36,065 bases of DNA from a virus. Its lineage: Duplodnaviria; Caudoviricetes. The notes beneath the pieces are model-generated. The model made no database searches. It saw only the letters and a list, made by a program, of their open reading frames with translations, and was not told the origin of the DNA. This document shows positions 17,858 through 28,228 of the stretch, piece by piece. Both the position numbers and the translations under genes were made by a program. The first letter of the stretch is position 1; every line of letters begins with the position of its first letter. Location: the IMG/VR virus record IMGVR_UViG_3300044724_006410, positions 1 to 36,065 of that record; one strand, written 5' to 3'.

Positions 17858-20758
17858 TTATGATTCAATGTATTCACTTACTAGCCACCAACTTCCTGAG
17901 TGCCAAATAAGTGTAAGGGCGCCATGCTCGTTATTGGTTCCATTACTTAAATCTAGTGTACTTGTGGCACCGTTAATTTTTAATGAAACTTCAACATATC
18001 TATCAAAGAATGAAACACCATCTAATGAATAACGTCCTCTATTTTTCATTTTGAGGATCTTCATTTGGCCTTCTTGTCCACCGTCAGGTAATGTAGCAAA
18101 TCCTAATCCAGCACTTGCACTAGTCCAATCATTTGTTGTTACAAATGTTACGGTTGATGCCATATTAATTGTAGACGGTGATTGTGTGCTACCTATGATT
18201 AATTGATTTGTACCACTTAAACTTACTACACCATTTAATCTTACATCGCCCTCAAGTTCTAAAAATCCAGTACCATTTGCGGCAATTCTTAAGTTGCTGT
18301 TTGATGTTTGTGTTTCAATGTTGTTTGCGTCAATACGTAAATCGCCTAAATCAATTTGTCCATTAACATCTAGTTTATTGTTAATAGTAGTAAGACCACT
18401 TACTGTAAGTGTACCAGTAATGTTTGTATCATCATTTAATTCAATATCTCCAGAAGAGTTTGAAATTGTTCCACTTACTGTTAAACTATCAAATGTGCTG
18501 TTACCTGGACTTGTAATGTCCCCTGTAAATGAGTTTGCAGTAATGTTTCCTGTTGCACTTGCACTTGCAACATTAACAATGTTAAACACACTTGTTCCGC
18601 TAGTAGCATTTACATTACCGTTGTGTATACCTGTTGTGTTACCAGTTAGGTTACCTGTAACATTACCAGTTACGTTACCTGAAATATCTGCTGTAATACT
18701 ACCACCGCTAACTGATAGTGCACCTGTTAGTGTTACATTATTAAGGGTACTAGTACCTGTGCTTGTTATATTTCCAGTTACATTGCCAGTTACATTGCCA
18801 GTTACATTACCTGTTAAGTTTCCTGTAACATTACCTATAACAGCACCAACGTGTTGACCTCTAAAGTTGTTTGCATAAACGTCTCTTACAGGATTTCCAC
18901 TTGTACCAATATCAGTGTTTGCAGTTGCAATAATATCTTGAACTGTGATATTTCCACTAAACGTTCCGCCCGACTTAGGCATAAAGCCTTTGCCTTCAAT
19001 ATAAGTTGCATTTACAATATTATCTACGCTAGTAAATTCTAAACCATTACCTGTTGCATTAACTTGCACAAGTTTGTCAGCATCGCCTGCGGCACCTGCA
19101 TATGAACTTGGTGTATCTGTAAGTCCAACAAAATCAACTGACCCTGTTCCACTTGCTTCACCGGTTGCAAATCCTCCTGAAGTGTATGTTGTAAATCCTG
19201 AAGTGTCTACTGTTGTGCTTAATGTATCGTCACTATAAAGAGCAAATGTTGTAGATGTTAAAACATCGGCATAGTATTCATTACCATTTACCTCAGTCAT
19301 TCCAACAACATCAGTAAGTGTAACTGCTTGTCCGTCACTTAATCCGTGTGCATCTGTTGTTGTTACAACACCAGGATCGGCTTGACTAATTCCGCTGATT
19401 GCTACTGGTTGGCCACCACCGCCACCACCTACGCCCCATTCTAGCACTGTACCACTAGTAGGAACTTTTAATACTTGTCCTGCTTGTCCAATGTTTCTTG
19501 GGAATTGATATGCACCGTATAAATCTACATAACCAGCACCGTCTGCATTTAATTGTAAGTTGTTGTTTGAAGTACCTACTGTTTCAATAGTACCTGCACT
19601 AATTTTGATTTGTCCTTCACCGGAACCTAAAATAATCTCGTTGTTACTTTTGAATTCTGCTACCGGTGCAAACGTTTCACCAACCGGATTTAATGGATCA
19701 ATTGGTTGAATAATAAATGCGTTAACACTTCCTGATCTTCTATATGCACCTAATTGTCCTAATGATTCACCAACACCAGTTGATGTACCAATTAAGTAAT
19801 CAATACCAACACCCATTCCGTTGTTGACGTTTGCTTGTGTAGTATGGTTACTTACAGTTAAGAATGATTCGATTTGATCGTTTTCAGTACCTAAACGTCT
19901 AAATGCCGCAGTTGGTGATGTTTCATCTAATTGTACATAAAAGTCACCATCTGCAATCTCATCTGCTAGTACGTTGTTAGCAGGATCGCCTCTACGTAAT
20001 TTAAATCTGTGTCCACCTTCAATAGTGTAACCGTTTGTTGCAAGATCTCCGCCCAATCCTCCAATAAGATTACCAGTTAAATTACCTGTTACGTTACCAG
20101 TTAAATTACCTGTAACACCACCTGCCGCAGTTACAACACCAGTTAATGTAGTTAAACCATTTACAGTAAATTGATTTGATACTGTTGCGTTAGTAAATGT
20201 TGCGTCAGCAGATTCTATATTTGTTAAAGAAGTAATTTCACCTGGGCCAATAATATCGTTGCCTTGCATAGCAAGATTACCGCCTAGTTCTGGATTAGGA
20301 TCTTGGTCAACAGTAAATGCACCAGCAATTACAATATTACGCGATCCTGATTGTGTTAATGTTATATTTGATCCACCTACAAATCCAACACTTTCGTTTC
20401 CTGTGCTAGTTGTAATAGAATTATTAACATTGTTTACATCATTACTAAACTGTATAGTTCTTACTGCTGGAGTAGCAACAGCACTGTTATCTAATATGAT
20501 GCTTTCGCCGTCGCTGGTAATTTTAAGTCTTGCTGGATCAGCACTTTTAATTCTTTTGAATTGTAAATTGTAACCTGACTTACCCGCAAACAATGCTTGG
20601 CCATCAGCCTGTTCAGTACCTAGGTTTACACCCGTGTTACTTTCACCGCCTCTAGCATCAAGTTCCGCAAACTTGGTGTTAACCTTTTGGAAGGCCGTTC
20701 TTAGATCATCACCTGTTCCGTCGTTTACGTTATTACCAATTTTAACTACGTCTGCCAT
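17858..20758 (-). CDS. Tail fibre/baseplate protein (gp9/gp10-like N-terminus, GNVT repeats, FCCH-like domain)
   Basis: IGNNVNDGTGDDLRTAFQKVNTKFAEL N-terminus; (TGNV/L)n repeats; TAAATA at 20776-20781. Confidence 0.8.
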   Translation of the reverse strand: MADVVKIGNNVNDGTGDDLRTAFQKVNTKFAELDARGGESNTGVNLGTEQADGQALFAGKSGYNLQFKRIKSADPARLKITSDGESIILDNSAVATPAVRTIQFSNDVNNVNNSITTSTGNESVGFVGGSNITLTQSGSRNIVIAGAFTVDQDPNPELGGNLAMQGNDIIGPGEITSLTNIESADATFTNATVSNQFTVNGLTTLTGVVTAAGGVTGNLTGNVTGNLTGNLIGGLGGDLATNGYTIEGGHRFKLRRGDPANNVLADEIADGDFYVQLDETSPTAAFRRLGTENDQIESFLTVSNHTTQANVNNGMGVGIDYLIGTSTGVGESLGQLGAYRRSGSVNAFIIQPIDPLNPVGETFAPVAEFKSNNEIILGSGEGQIKISAGTIETVGTSNNNLQLNADGAGYVDLYGAYQFPRNIGQAGQVLKVPTSGTVLEWGVGGGGGGQPVAISGISQADPGVVTTTDAHGLSDGQAVTLTDVVGMTEVNGNEYYADVLTSTTFALYSDDTLSTTVDTSGFTTYTSGGFATGEASGTGSVDFVGLTDTPSSYAGAAGDADKLVQVNATGNGLEFTSVDNIVNATYIEGKGFMPKSGGTFSGNITVQDIIATANTDIGTSGNPVRDVYANNFRGQHVGAVIGNVTGNLTGNVTGNVTGNVTGNITSTGTSTLNNVTLTGALSVSGGSITADISGNVTGNVTGNLTGNTTGIHNGNVNATSGTSVFNIVNVASASATGNITANSFTGDITSPGNSTFDSLTVSGTISNSSGDIELNDDTNITGTLTVSGLTTINNKLDVNGQIDLGDLRIDANNIETQTSNSNLRIAANGTGFLELEGDVRLNGVVSLSGTNQLIIGSTQSPSTINMASTVTFVTTNDWTSASAGLGFATLPDGGQEGQMKILKMKNRGRYSLDGVSFFDRYVEVSLKINGATSTLDLSNGTNNEHGALTLIWHSGSWWLVSEYIES
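18630..18840 (-). repeat. 12-bp-period coding repeats (GNVT/GNLT)
   Basis: For example ccagttacattg ccagttacattg ccagttacatta near 18774-18809; a similar block occurs near 20065-20125. Confidence 0.8.
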
Positions 20759-20778
20759 AATCTTTTCCTATACTATAT

Positions 20779-23700
20779 TTACTGCCTTCCAACTACAACT
20801 TCGATGACTCCAACTTCATCGCTATCATAGTTTTCAAGTGCTTTACCTATAACTGATCCTAGTTTTGGATCTTCACTTGCTGTACCAACACCTACGATCG
20901 AACTTGCAACAATCATGTCACCTTTTTCAATTCTGCCAACAACCTTACAAGGTACTCTTCCTTGTAGTGCTAACATTGCAACATGGTCGCCTTCAAGTTT
21001 ATTGTTCATTGTATAACCTGGTGCTGTTGAAACTACTCCAGCAACTTTAGTAGTTCCCTCTTTGTTAGAAGCAGTAACTTCTTGTTCGCCACCGAACATT
21101 AATACTGTGCCTTCTTCATAATCTGTATCTGCAAGGTATTTCTCTGCCAAGTCAGCAAACTCTGCTTCTGAAGCAGTACCTTCAAATCTAACTGCGTAAA
21201 CATTGTTATATCTATTAGCGGCTTCTCCAATATCATAAGAAGCATCTGCGGTTGTGTTTACTCCACCAACTACACCGTCACTTGGTACAATCTGTTTAGT
21301 ACCTAGTACCCCGGTCATATTAGTGTCATCAGTTAAACCATTTCTACGTAGGTATGTTCCATCATATGGTGAACCTGCCGCAACGGCCGCCGCAAGTGTT
21401 ACAGTTACGTCTTGGCTACCATCAAAATCAACAGTACCAGTTGCCGCACCTGTGAAAGTAAATGTTCTTGAAGTTGTAAGCGTATCCGAACTACCAATAA
21501 ATCTACTGTCAGTATAGTTGTTACCTTTGTCTAGTATTAGAATTTCAGTACCGTCTGTACCTAATACAAGATCAAATATCGTACTTGCTGTTCCACCTGA
21601 TGTGTATGTAGTAAATCCTGAAGTATCAGTTCCGTTCGTTAAACCAGCATCTTCATAAATTTCAAAACTGTTTGTTGTTACACCACCTACATATTTTACT
21701 AACCCGTTAAGTTGAGTCATTCCGCCGATGCTTAAGAACTTGATCTTGTCACCATTCTTAAATCCATGTGCAACACTTGTTGTAATTACAGCAGGATCTG
21801 CTTTTGTAATAGCAGTAATGTTAACAATATTACCACGTGCTTCTTGAATAGTATCTGTGTTAACCTGTTTTGTATAAATGTTTCTGTAACGTGCTGTTGT
21901 TAAACCTAGATCACTTGATTCGTTACTAGCAGGTCTTACGTTAAGAGTTTGTAGTGTACCAGTCATAGTACCACCAGTCTTAACAAGAGCACCGTTATTA
22001 TCTAGCACGTTCTCATCAATGTATGCTTCAACTGAGTTATCAAAATCAATAAGTGTTCTTACTTCACTTGGTGTTAATGCTTCTACAGCATTTTCGCTCA
22101 CTTGACTGTTACCAAGAATACTTGTACCAGTAATAAATTCTATTTTGTCAAGAGTTACACCGTCATTTGGATTTGCTAGTGTAGGAGTTTTTAAAGTAAT
22201 AAAACCGTTTGTTGCTGAAAATTCTGTACTATCAAAACTTGCAAGTCCTAAATCACTTTGACTAATTGCAACAGCATCTGCTCTAGTAGTTGCGGCATTC
22301 ATGTTTAGTTTGCTTTGTGCAATCGCCGCCGCGGCACTTACATCTGAATTTTTAACAGCACCGTTTGCAAGTTGAATATTAATTTCATTGTTGGTTCTAA
22401 TAATTCTTACATCAGAACCTGTTCCAGTCGGTTCACCAAATGTTGGACTGCCGCCTGTGTTATCAACTGTTGTATCTAGTGATACGTTTACAGCACCTTG
22501 AATAGCATTACCTAATCCGTCTGTGTGATTAGATCCGCTAAACATTAACAAATCAGTGTTATTAGGATTACCTGTTATAGTAACACCTTCTAGTCCACCA
22601 ATTCTGTTTTGTTCGTCAACATATTGTTTTGTAACAGCATCACTTCCATCTTCTGGATCACGCATGGATTTAATTCTGTTACCATTCATATCAATAGCAC
22701 CACTATCAAGTGTGCTATCATTTAACATTGTAAATGCTTTTACATCTGTTCTAATAGAATCTGTTGTTGCTCCACGGAATACATTGTCAGCATATAATTT
22801 GTTAACACCGTCAACATCCTGAGCACCTGTCATTGAAATGTTTGTAATCTTGTTGGTGCCCATATTAAGTTCACCATACATTCTATTCCATGAAAGGTTA
22901 GATCCGTTATAACCTGCTCTACTTAGAACACCAAATGTTCCGCCACTTTGTGAACCTGTTGTTGTCCATTCAGGGAAACTAGTACCATCTTCATGTTGTC
23001 CTATGATTGCTGAGTTTAGATATGTAACAATACTTGCTTCTGTTGGAACAGCATCATCTGATTTACCTAATAGTTTATCGTCAGTACTAAATTCGTCAAC
23101 AACAGTGCCTTTTGTAAATCCTAAACCATCAACGTTTGTTAATGAAATGTTTGCATTAAGTTCAACTGATCCGTCACCTTGGTTAACACGGAAGAACTTA
23201 CCAACTCTAAAGTTACCATCTTGGTCTGTACTTGCATAGAATACTCTACCTGCACCTATTTCAACCGCTTCACTTGCTTGGTCTGCCGCAAAGTCTGGAC
23301 GTCCTGCTGGTGCACCAAACACGTTGTTTGGATAATTTGAGTTTGCATAGTTACCCCAACCAATGTTCATAAAGTCATGACCGGTTGCTCTTAGTGTACT
23401 AATTGCAGTTGTAACTTTAACAACATCAGTATTAAATCTATCTTGTGGGAATTGTAAATCTAAACTCATAAGTTGGAAGTCAACATTAGGATCATTAACT
23501 TCGCTTGTTACGAGTCTTTCAACACCTAAAATTCTAAATACTGTTTGGTCGCCAGTAGCAAAAGTTAATGCAGAACTTGGTAAAACTCTTGGAGTATCTG
23601 TTAAGTTTCTTACAGTAACTTTTTTACCAATCCCAATAATAACTTCACTACCATCAGGTACTCTTGTACCAGTACCAATTGCAAGTGCTTGTCCTAGTTT

Positions 23701-26700
23701 AAGAACTGCTCTACCACCACCTTTTACAGTACAGCCAGAACCACCATAACTTGGATTACCTTTTGTAGTTGTATCTAAGAAAGTTGTAAGTGCAGTATCA
23801 GTACATAGTTTAAAAGTCGTTGGACTTACATATTTTACATAGTAAGCACCGTCCACGTCATTCATTCCGTTTGCATTTGCGCCGGATACAAATACCATTG
23901 CACCTTCTCTATAGTAGTGATCAACACTTGTTGTAAACACTGCTTCAGAAGCAATAGTAATACCTGTAACGTTAATAGTTACATCTTCTAATTCATCAAC
24001 TGAGTAATCAGTTCCGTCATTGTTTGAACTGTATGCTGTTAATCTAAATCTACTACCTTCTATTGGACGGTAGTTGAAATCTCTAATTTCTAAATCAGTA
24101 TCACCGGTACCAGCCGCTGTGTTTGCAGGATTGTGTACTTTAAATGGTTGTGAAAAGTCTTGTCTTGTTGAGTCTGCTTCAACAGTTGCATTTAATTCTC
24201 TAAAGAAGATTGCACCTGACTGAATATTTTCGTTTGGATCTGATCCTTCTGCTTTAAGAGCAAGTCTACCATAAGCATTAGATCCGTTAAGTGATCTAAT
24301 TTGTCCACCGTTTCTTGCCCAGTATGCTGTATCACAATAGTATGTAAACACAGAAACTGTTTCAACCAATCCATTGTTTGTAGCAACTAGACCATAACCA
24401 TCGTTGTTAACCTGGGTATAGTCATTTGAAGTCATTGACTTGTTACCAGCAGTTTCAATTCTAATTTCATCACCTTGTGGAATAGTACCTGCAGGTAATG
24501 TTTTAGCATCTACTTTAATTTCTGTATCAGCCGCGAGTGTTAATTTTTGTTTGTAAGTTACTGGCGTATTTCCATCACCGTCATCTACAGGTGCCGTTAC
24601 ACCGATAACTCTATAAGTTTTCTTTTCTGCTCCACCACTACCTTGATATAAGAAAGTTGTCGGAACCTGAATTCCTCTAGTCAAACCTTTTAGTGTAATT
24701 TCAAAACCACTTGCAGGGTTGTCAACAACAGTACCGTATTGAACACCAGCGTTACCATCAACATATTGTCCTGAACCACCCTGTGATGAGAATGAAGAAC
24801 AAGTTTGTACATAAGGTGATTTGGTTAAAATTTGACCTTCGGGGTCAAGCACCATAATAGCACCTTGGTGTCTTCTAACGGTAATATTTCTTAAAATTGT
24901 TGCGTTGTTAACCAAGAACACATCACAGTGTTGGTTAAGCATTTTTAATTCAATTACAGTATTGTTAGGAATATCATCTTGTAGTGTTGTTGTAGTTGTT
25001 AGGTTGATATCGCTATAAAGTGATAAATCTGCTCTTGTAAAATCTTCTACACCATCAGGATCAAAACTAATTTCTTTTACGTAGTATGTTGTACCATTGT
25101 ATGTAAAGTATTGTCCCCAACGTGGATAGTAAACTAGATCTTTTACTCTAATCTGTGCCGCACCTGTTTGGTTAACACCTACACCAGTGTCGGCTCTTGA
25201 ATATTGTGAGTCATAGTGATTTCTAAATCTTGCGGCCTTAGGTGTACCAGTACCATTGTAACGTTTTTGGTCACCACGTTCAAATGTTAAGTCTAATGCA
25301 CGTTGTGGTGGTCTTACACCAACTTTAGATTGAATAATGACACGTCTAAATTCGTCACCTTTGATTGAACAGTTCTCAGGTAAAACAATAGGTGTTAGTT
25401 CTTCATAAAAACCTGATTCAATATGAATAGTTACTTCAGGCAGTGGAACATTTTGTTCTCTACCTTGTCCGCCGATCTTAGCAGGTAATGCACCTAGTCC
25501 GTTAGTAATAACATCAGTAACAATATCCATCAAGTTACCAATTTCAGCACTTGCTCCTGCTTCTACAACAACAGATGTGTCAATAAACTGTTTAGCACCA
25601 CTTTGATTGCTGTAAGTACCTTCTAGTACAGGTAAGTTGCCTAAGCCGTTAGTAATAACGTCAGCAATCATATTCATTAGTATATTAATTTTTGTACTTG
25701 CCGCCGATTCACCGTTATTTGAATTTGTAACCTGTTCTGTTACACTTTGTCTTGAAGTGTATGCTGTGTTTAAAATAATGTAATTTCTTACTAGGTCTTT
25801 AGTAAAGTTTAATGCATCAACTGTTTGTGGCTGTTGACCTGCAACATAACTTGTAGCACCATTCCAATATCGTGAAGCATTTTCTCTAGATTCACTGTTA
25901 CCGCCATATTTTAAATCAAAACTAATACCATCAAGAATAATTTTTACATCACGCTCACATTTTGTTTTGTCGTATGTAAATCCGTTCCATATACCGGCAC
26001 CTGCCGCAATTTGTGCTTCAATGTAAGCAATAGTCTCATCTGCAATGTACTCTCTGTTTGCGTCAATAAGTGCAACAGCATTTGGATTTTCTGTGTTTGC
26101 TGGAGCAACATAAGCAGTATTTGTCAACACATTGTTTTGAATTAGATCCTTAGCAAATTCAAGTGCCGCAACAGTTTCTGTCTGCTGTCCTGCTACTCTT
26201 GACGTAGCACCGTCCCAATAAGAAGCCGCCGCATCAACTGTTTTTGAGTTACCAACATAGGTTAAGTCAAAACTAACAGCGTCAATAATTAAACCAATAT
26301 CACGAAAACATTTTTCTCTGTTGAATGTAAAGTTAGAAGCAAAGTCATCTGAATTATCACCGTCATTGATTTCTGCTTCAATATATGCAAGTGTTTCGCG
26401 TTGAATAAATTCTCTGTTGTTAACAAACAATTTGTTTGCTAGTACATAAGTTGTATCTTCAGTACCGTCAGCCGCCATATTAACTGTGTATGGTCCAGGC
26501 TTTTTACCAGGTACAGGGAAAATAACATCACCAGTTAGTAGACCTTGATCCTTAAGTGTAATGTCACCTTTAATAATTCTTTCTGCATAGAACGCCGCTT
26601 CTCTAACATTGTCAAATGCGTATGCTAAAGAACGACCAATTTGTGTTCTGTCAACACCGTCAGCAATCATTTGCTGTTCTGTTCTACCATTGGTGCTTAC

Positions 26701-27375
26701 AAATAAATTTTTCTTACTTGTAAAACTGTTGTTGTCTACATATTCTTTTGTTGCCGCTTGTAAACTGCTTGAAGTAAATGTAGGTGATTGTGATAGAACC
26801 AATGGTCCTGTCATTGTATCACCAGCAAGTCTTACTTTTGTATCAGCATATTTTTTGTTTACTGCTTCGTCTTGACTGTTTGGTACTCTTGGCTGTCCTG
26901 AATTTTGTAATCTAACAATACCTGTTGCAGTATCACCTGCGGCATCTAAAAACTTGTCATCCGCATATTTTTTAGTAACAGCATCTTGATCTTTTTCTGG
27001 AGTACCTAAGTTCTCAATCAAGAATGTTTGTGCATTCAAGTCACCACCTAGTTCTGGTGTAGTATCAAGTCTAATTTCTGTACCAGTTGTTCTAAGTGTT
27101 AATTTAGTAGGATCTGAAGTGAAGTCGATAGCAATACCTTCACCTTCGATAGTTCTTAAATTAACAGCATCGCCTGCTGTATTTGTAGCAAGTACTTTGT
27201 TTGGAGCCAGTGTAGATGGAGTGTCGTCTAATGATGCAAACGTTAATCCGCCGCCTAGTCCTAATGATGCATAGATTTCAGTAAAGTTTTGATTAACTTT
27301 ATTAAAACCTTCCCTGATACTATCGCCTGTAGCATCATTACCAGTAGTACCAATATTAATTACTTTACGTGCCAT
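20779..27375 (-). CDS. Giant tail fibre/structural protein with C-terminal intramolecular-chaperone (autocleavage) domain
   Basis: INIGTTGNDATGDSIREGFNKVNQNFTEIY N-terminus; several DAxxKxYxD fibre motifs; two KCxRD helical repeats; two FCCH-like domains; C-terminal ADLAEKY...GVVST.PGY.MN...GRVPCKV...IGKALE. Confidence 0.85.
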   Translation of the reverse strand: MARKVINIGTTGNDATGDSIREGFNKVNQNFTEIYASLGLGGGLTFASLDDTPSTLAPNKVLATNTAGDAVNLRTIEGEGIAIDFTSDPTKLTLRTTGTEIRLDTTPELGGDLNAQTFLIENLGTPEKDQDAVTKKYADDKFLDAAGDTATGIVRLQNSGQPRVPNSQDEAVNKKYADTKVRLAGDTMTGPLVLSQSPTFTSSSLQAATKEYVDNNSFTSKKNLFVSTNGRTEQQMIADGVDRTQIGRSLAYAFDNVREAAFYAERIIKGDITLKDQGLLTGDVIFPVPGKKPGPYTVNMAADGTEDTTYVLANKLFVNNREFIQRETLAYIEAEINDGDNSDDFASNFTFNREKCFRDIGLIIDAVSFDLTYVGNSKTVDAAASYWDGATSRVAGQQTETVAALEFAKDLIQNNVLTNTAYVAPANTENPNAVALIDANREYIADETIAYIEAQIAAGAGIWNGFTYDKTKCERDVKIILDGISFDLKYGGNSESRENASRYWNGATSYVAGQQPQTVDALNFTKDLVRNYIILNTAYTSRQSVTEQVTNSNNGESAASTKINILMNMIADVITNGLGNLPVLEGTYSNQSGAKQFIDTSVVVEAGASAEIGNLMDIVTDVITNGLGALPAKIGGQGREQNVPLPEVTIHIESGFYEELTPIVLPENCSIKGDEFRRVIIQSKVGVRPPQRALDLTFERGDQKRYNGTGTPKAARFRNHYDSQYSRADTGVGVNQTGAAQIRVKDLVYYPRWGQYFTYNGTTYYVKEISFDPDGVEDFTRADLSLYSDINLTTTTTLQDDIPNNTVIELKMLNQHCDVFLVNNATILRNITVRRHQGAIMVLDPEGQILTKSPYVQTCSSFSSQGGSGQYVDGNAGVQYGTVVDNPASGFEITLKGLTRGIQVPTTFLYQGSGGAEKKTYRVIGVTAPVDDGDGNTPVTYKQKLTLAADTEIKVDAKTLPAGTIPQGDEIRIETAGNKSMTSNDYTQVNNDGYGLVATNNGLVETVSVFTYYCDTAYWARNGGQIRSLNGSNAYGRLALKAEGSDPNENIQSGAIFFRELNATVEADSTRQDFSQPFKVHNPANTAAGTGDTDLEIRDFNYRPIEGSRFRLTAYSSNNDGTDYSVDELEDVTINVTGITIASEAVFTTSVDHYYREGAMVFVSGANANGMNDVDGAYYVKYVSPTTFKLCTDTALTTFLDTTTKGNPSYGGSGCTVKGGGRAVLKLGQALAIGTGTRVPDGSEVIIGIGKKVTVRNLTDTPRVLPSSALTFATGDQTVFRILGVERLVTSEVNDPNVDFQLMSLDLQFPQDRFNTDVVKVTTAISTLRATGHDFMNIGWGNYANSNYPNNVFGAPAGRPDFAADQASEAVEIGAGRVFYASTDQDGNFRVGKFFRVNQGDGSVELNANISLTNVDGLGFTKGTVVDEFSTDDKLLGKSDDAVPTEASIVTYLNSAIIGQHEDGTSFPEWTTTGSQSGGTFGVLSRAGYNGSNLSWNRMYGELNMGTNKITNISMTGAQDVDGVNKLYADNVFRGATTDSIRTDVKAFTMLNDSTLDSGAIDMNGNRIKSMRDPEDGSDAVTKQYVDEQNRIGGLEGVTITGNPNNTDLLMFSGSNHTDGLGNAIQGAVNVSLDTTVDNTGGSPTFGEPTGTGSDVRIIRTNNEINIQLANGAVKNSDVSAAAAIAQSKLNMNAATTRADAVAISQSDLGLASFDSTEFSATNGFITLKTPTLANPNDGVTLDKIEFITGTSILGNSQVSENAVEALTPSEVRTLIDFDNSVEAYIDENVLDNNGALVKTGGTMTGTLQTLNVRPASNESSDLGLTTARYRNIYTKQVNTDTIQEARGNIVNITAITKADPAVITTSVAHGFKNGDKIKFLSIGGMTQLNGLVKYVGGVTTNSFEIYEDAGLTNGTDTSGFTTYTSGGTASTIFDLVLGTDGTEILILDKGNNYTDSRFIGSSDTLTTSRTFTFTGAATGTVDFDGSQDVTVTLAAAVAAGSPYDGTYLRRNGLTDDTNMTGVLGTKQIVPSDGVVGGVNTTADASYDIGEAANRYNNVYAVRFEGTASEAEFADLAEKYLADTDYEEGTVLMFGGEQEVTASNKEGTTKVAGVVSTAPGYTMNNKLEGDHVAMLALQGRVPCKVVGRIEKGDMIVASSIVGVGTASEDPKLGSVIGKALENYDSDEVGVIEVVVGRQ

Positions 27376-27379
27376 CTAG

Positions 27380-27703
27380 TTATACTCCAAAACTTTCGCC
27401 GCAACCGCATGACGAAGTTGCATTAGGGTTGCTTATATTCATATAAGAACCAAAAACTTCTTTCTTAAAGTCTATTGTAGTACCCGCTACATACAATAAA
27501 CCTGCTCCATCAATAGCAAACTTGCCATTGCTTAAATTAAAAATCTCATCATCATCAGCAACTGTGTCTACTGCGTCCCACTGATATGTAAAACCAGCAC
27601 AACCACCGCCTTTAACACTTAATTTAACGTACTTTTTACCTTCTTTAGCAAGTACGCCTTCCATGTGTTCTTTCGCTGATTCAGTCACATTTACTATGCT
27701 CAT
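27380..27703 (-). CDS. iscA: A-type Fe-S cluster carrier (IscA/SufA/ErpA, HesB family)
   Basis: GGGCAGF.Y and NPNATSSCGCGESF motifs. Confidence 0.92.
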   Translation of the reverse strand: MSIVNVTESAKEHMEGVLAKEGKKYVKLSVKGGGCAGFTYQWDAVDTVADDDEIFNLSNGKFAIDGAGLLYVAGTTIDFKKEVFGSYMNISNPNATSSCGCGESFGV

Positions 27704-27708
27704 GATAA

Positions 27709-27751
27709 TATTTATGTTATTATTCTATAATCCGAATGTAAAGTGTAAATA
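27709..27751. promoter_or_regulatory. Back-to-back TAAATA-N5-ATG promoters (leaderless)
   Basis: Minus-strand TAAATA (27714-27709) ttatc ATG; plus-strand TAAATA (27746-27751) cgagc ATG; no SD at either start. Confidence 0.7.
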
Positions 27752-27756
27752 CGAGC

Positions 27757-28044
27757 ATGTATATAAGAACAGATATTATTACCAAGTCCTATATGCGTAA
27801 GTCTAAAGCAGGCAAATACCACCCTTACACACGTAAATCACAAATAGTAGTTTTTAAATGCGATCAATGTGAAGAAGAATTTATAAGAGAAAAGGGCAAA
27901 GTGGATCCTAGACGTTTAAGCAACAACTATTTCCACGTTTGCCCTAAATGTGATCCTAAACGCTTTGCTCAAAAGCGTGGTGTTGCGAAACGTTTAGTAT
28001 GGGACATGTCTGTAAGCACAGACAAGCCAATTGGTAAATTATAA
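27757..28044 (+). CDS. Basic Zn-ribbon protein
   Basis: CDQC...CPKC, Lys/Arg-rich, has its own promoter motif. Confidence 0.7.
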   Translation: MYIRTDIITKSYMRKSKAGKYHPYTRKSQIVVFKCDQCEEEFIREKGKVDPRRLSNNYFHVCPKCDPKRFAQKRGVAKRLVWDMSVSTDKPIGKL

Positions 28045-28218
28045 TTACTCAGACTTCCAAATAGTCCAAGCACCATATGCGATTGCCGCGTAGGCTAGTA
28101 ATCCTGCTAAAGGTTTTGCAATTAATACTACAATACCTAGTGCGATTAGAGCCGCACCGTCCCAAGAAGTTCTTTCTGTGAAACGCTTTGATACCCAACC
28201 TTTAAATTTATCTAACAT
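28045..28218 (-). CDS. Small two-TM membrane protein (57 aa), not in the ORF track
   Basis: MLDKFKGWVSKRFTERTSWDGAALIALGIVVLIAKPLAGLLAYAAIAYGAWTIWKSE*; AGGAG SD. Confidence 0.75.
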   Translation of the reverse strand: MLDKFKGWVSKRFTERTSWDGAALIALGIVVLIAKPLAGLLAYAAIAYGAWTIWKSE

Positions 28219-28228
28219 AGTAATCTCC

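Noticed and set aside
18630-18840. Tandem repeats considered as a CRISPR array
   Set aside because: They have a 12-bp in-frame period with no unique spacers and encode GNVT fibre repeats.
19173-21627. Near-identical 35-nt pair considered as a DGR template/variable repeat
   Set aside because: The mismatches are synonymous and not adenine-specific, the repeat is short, and no reverse transcriptase is in the window.
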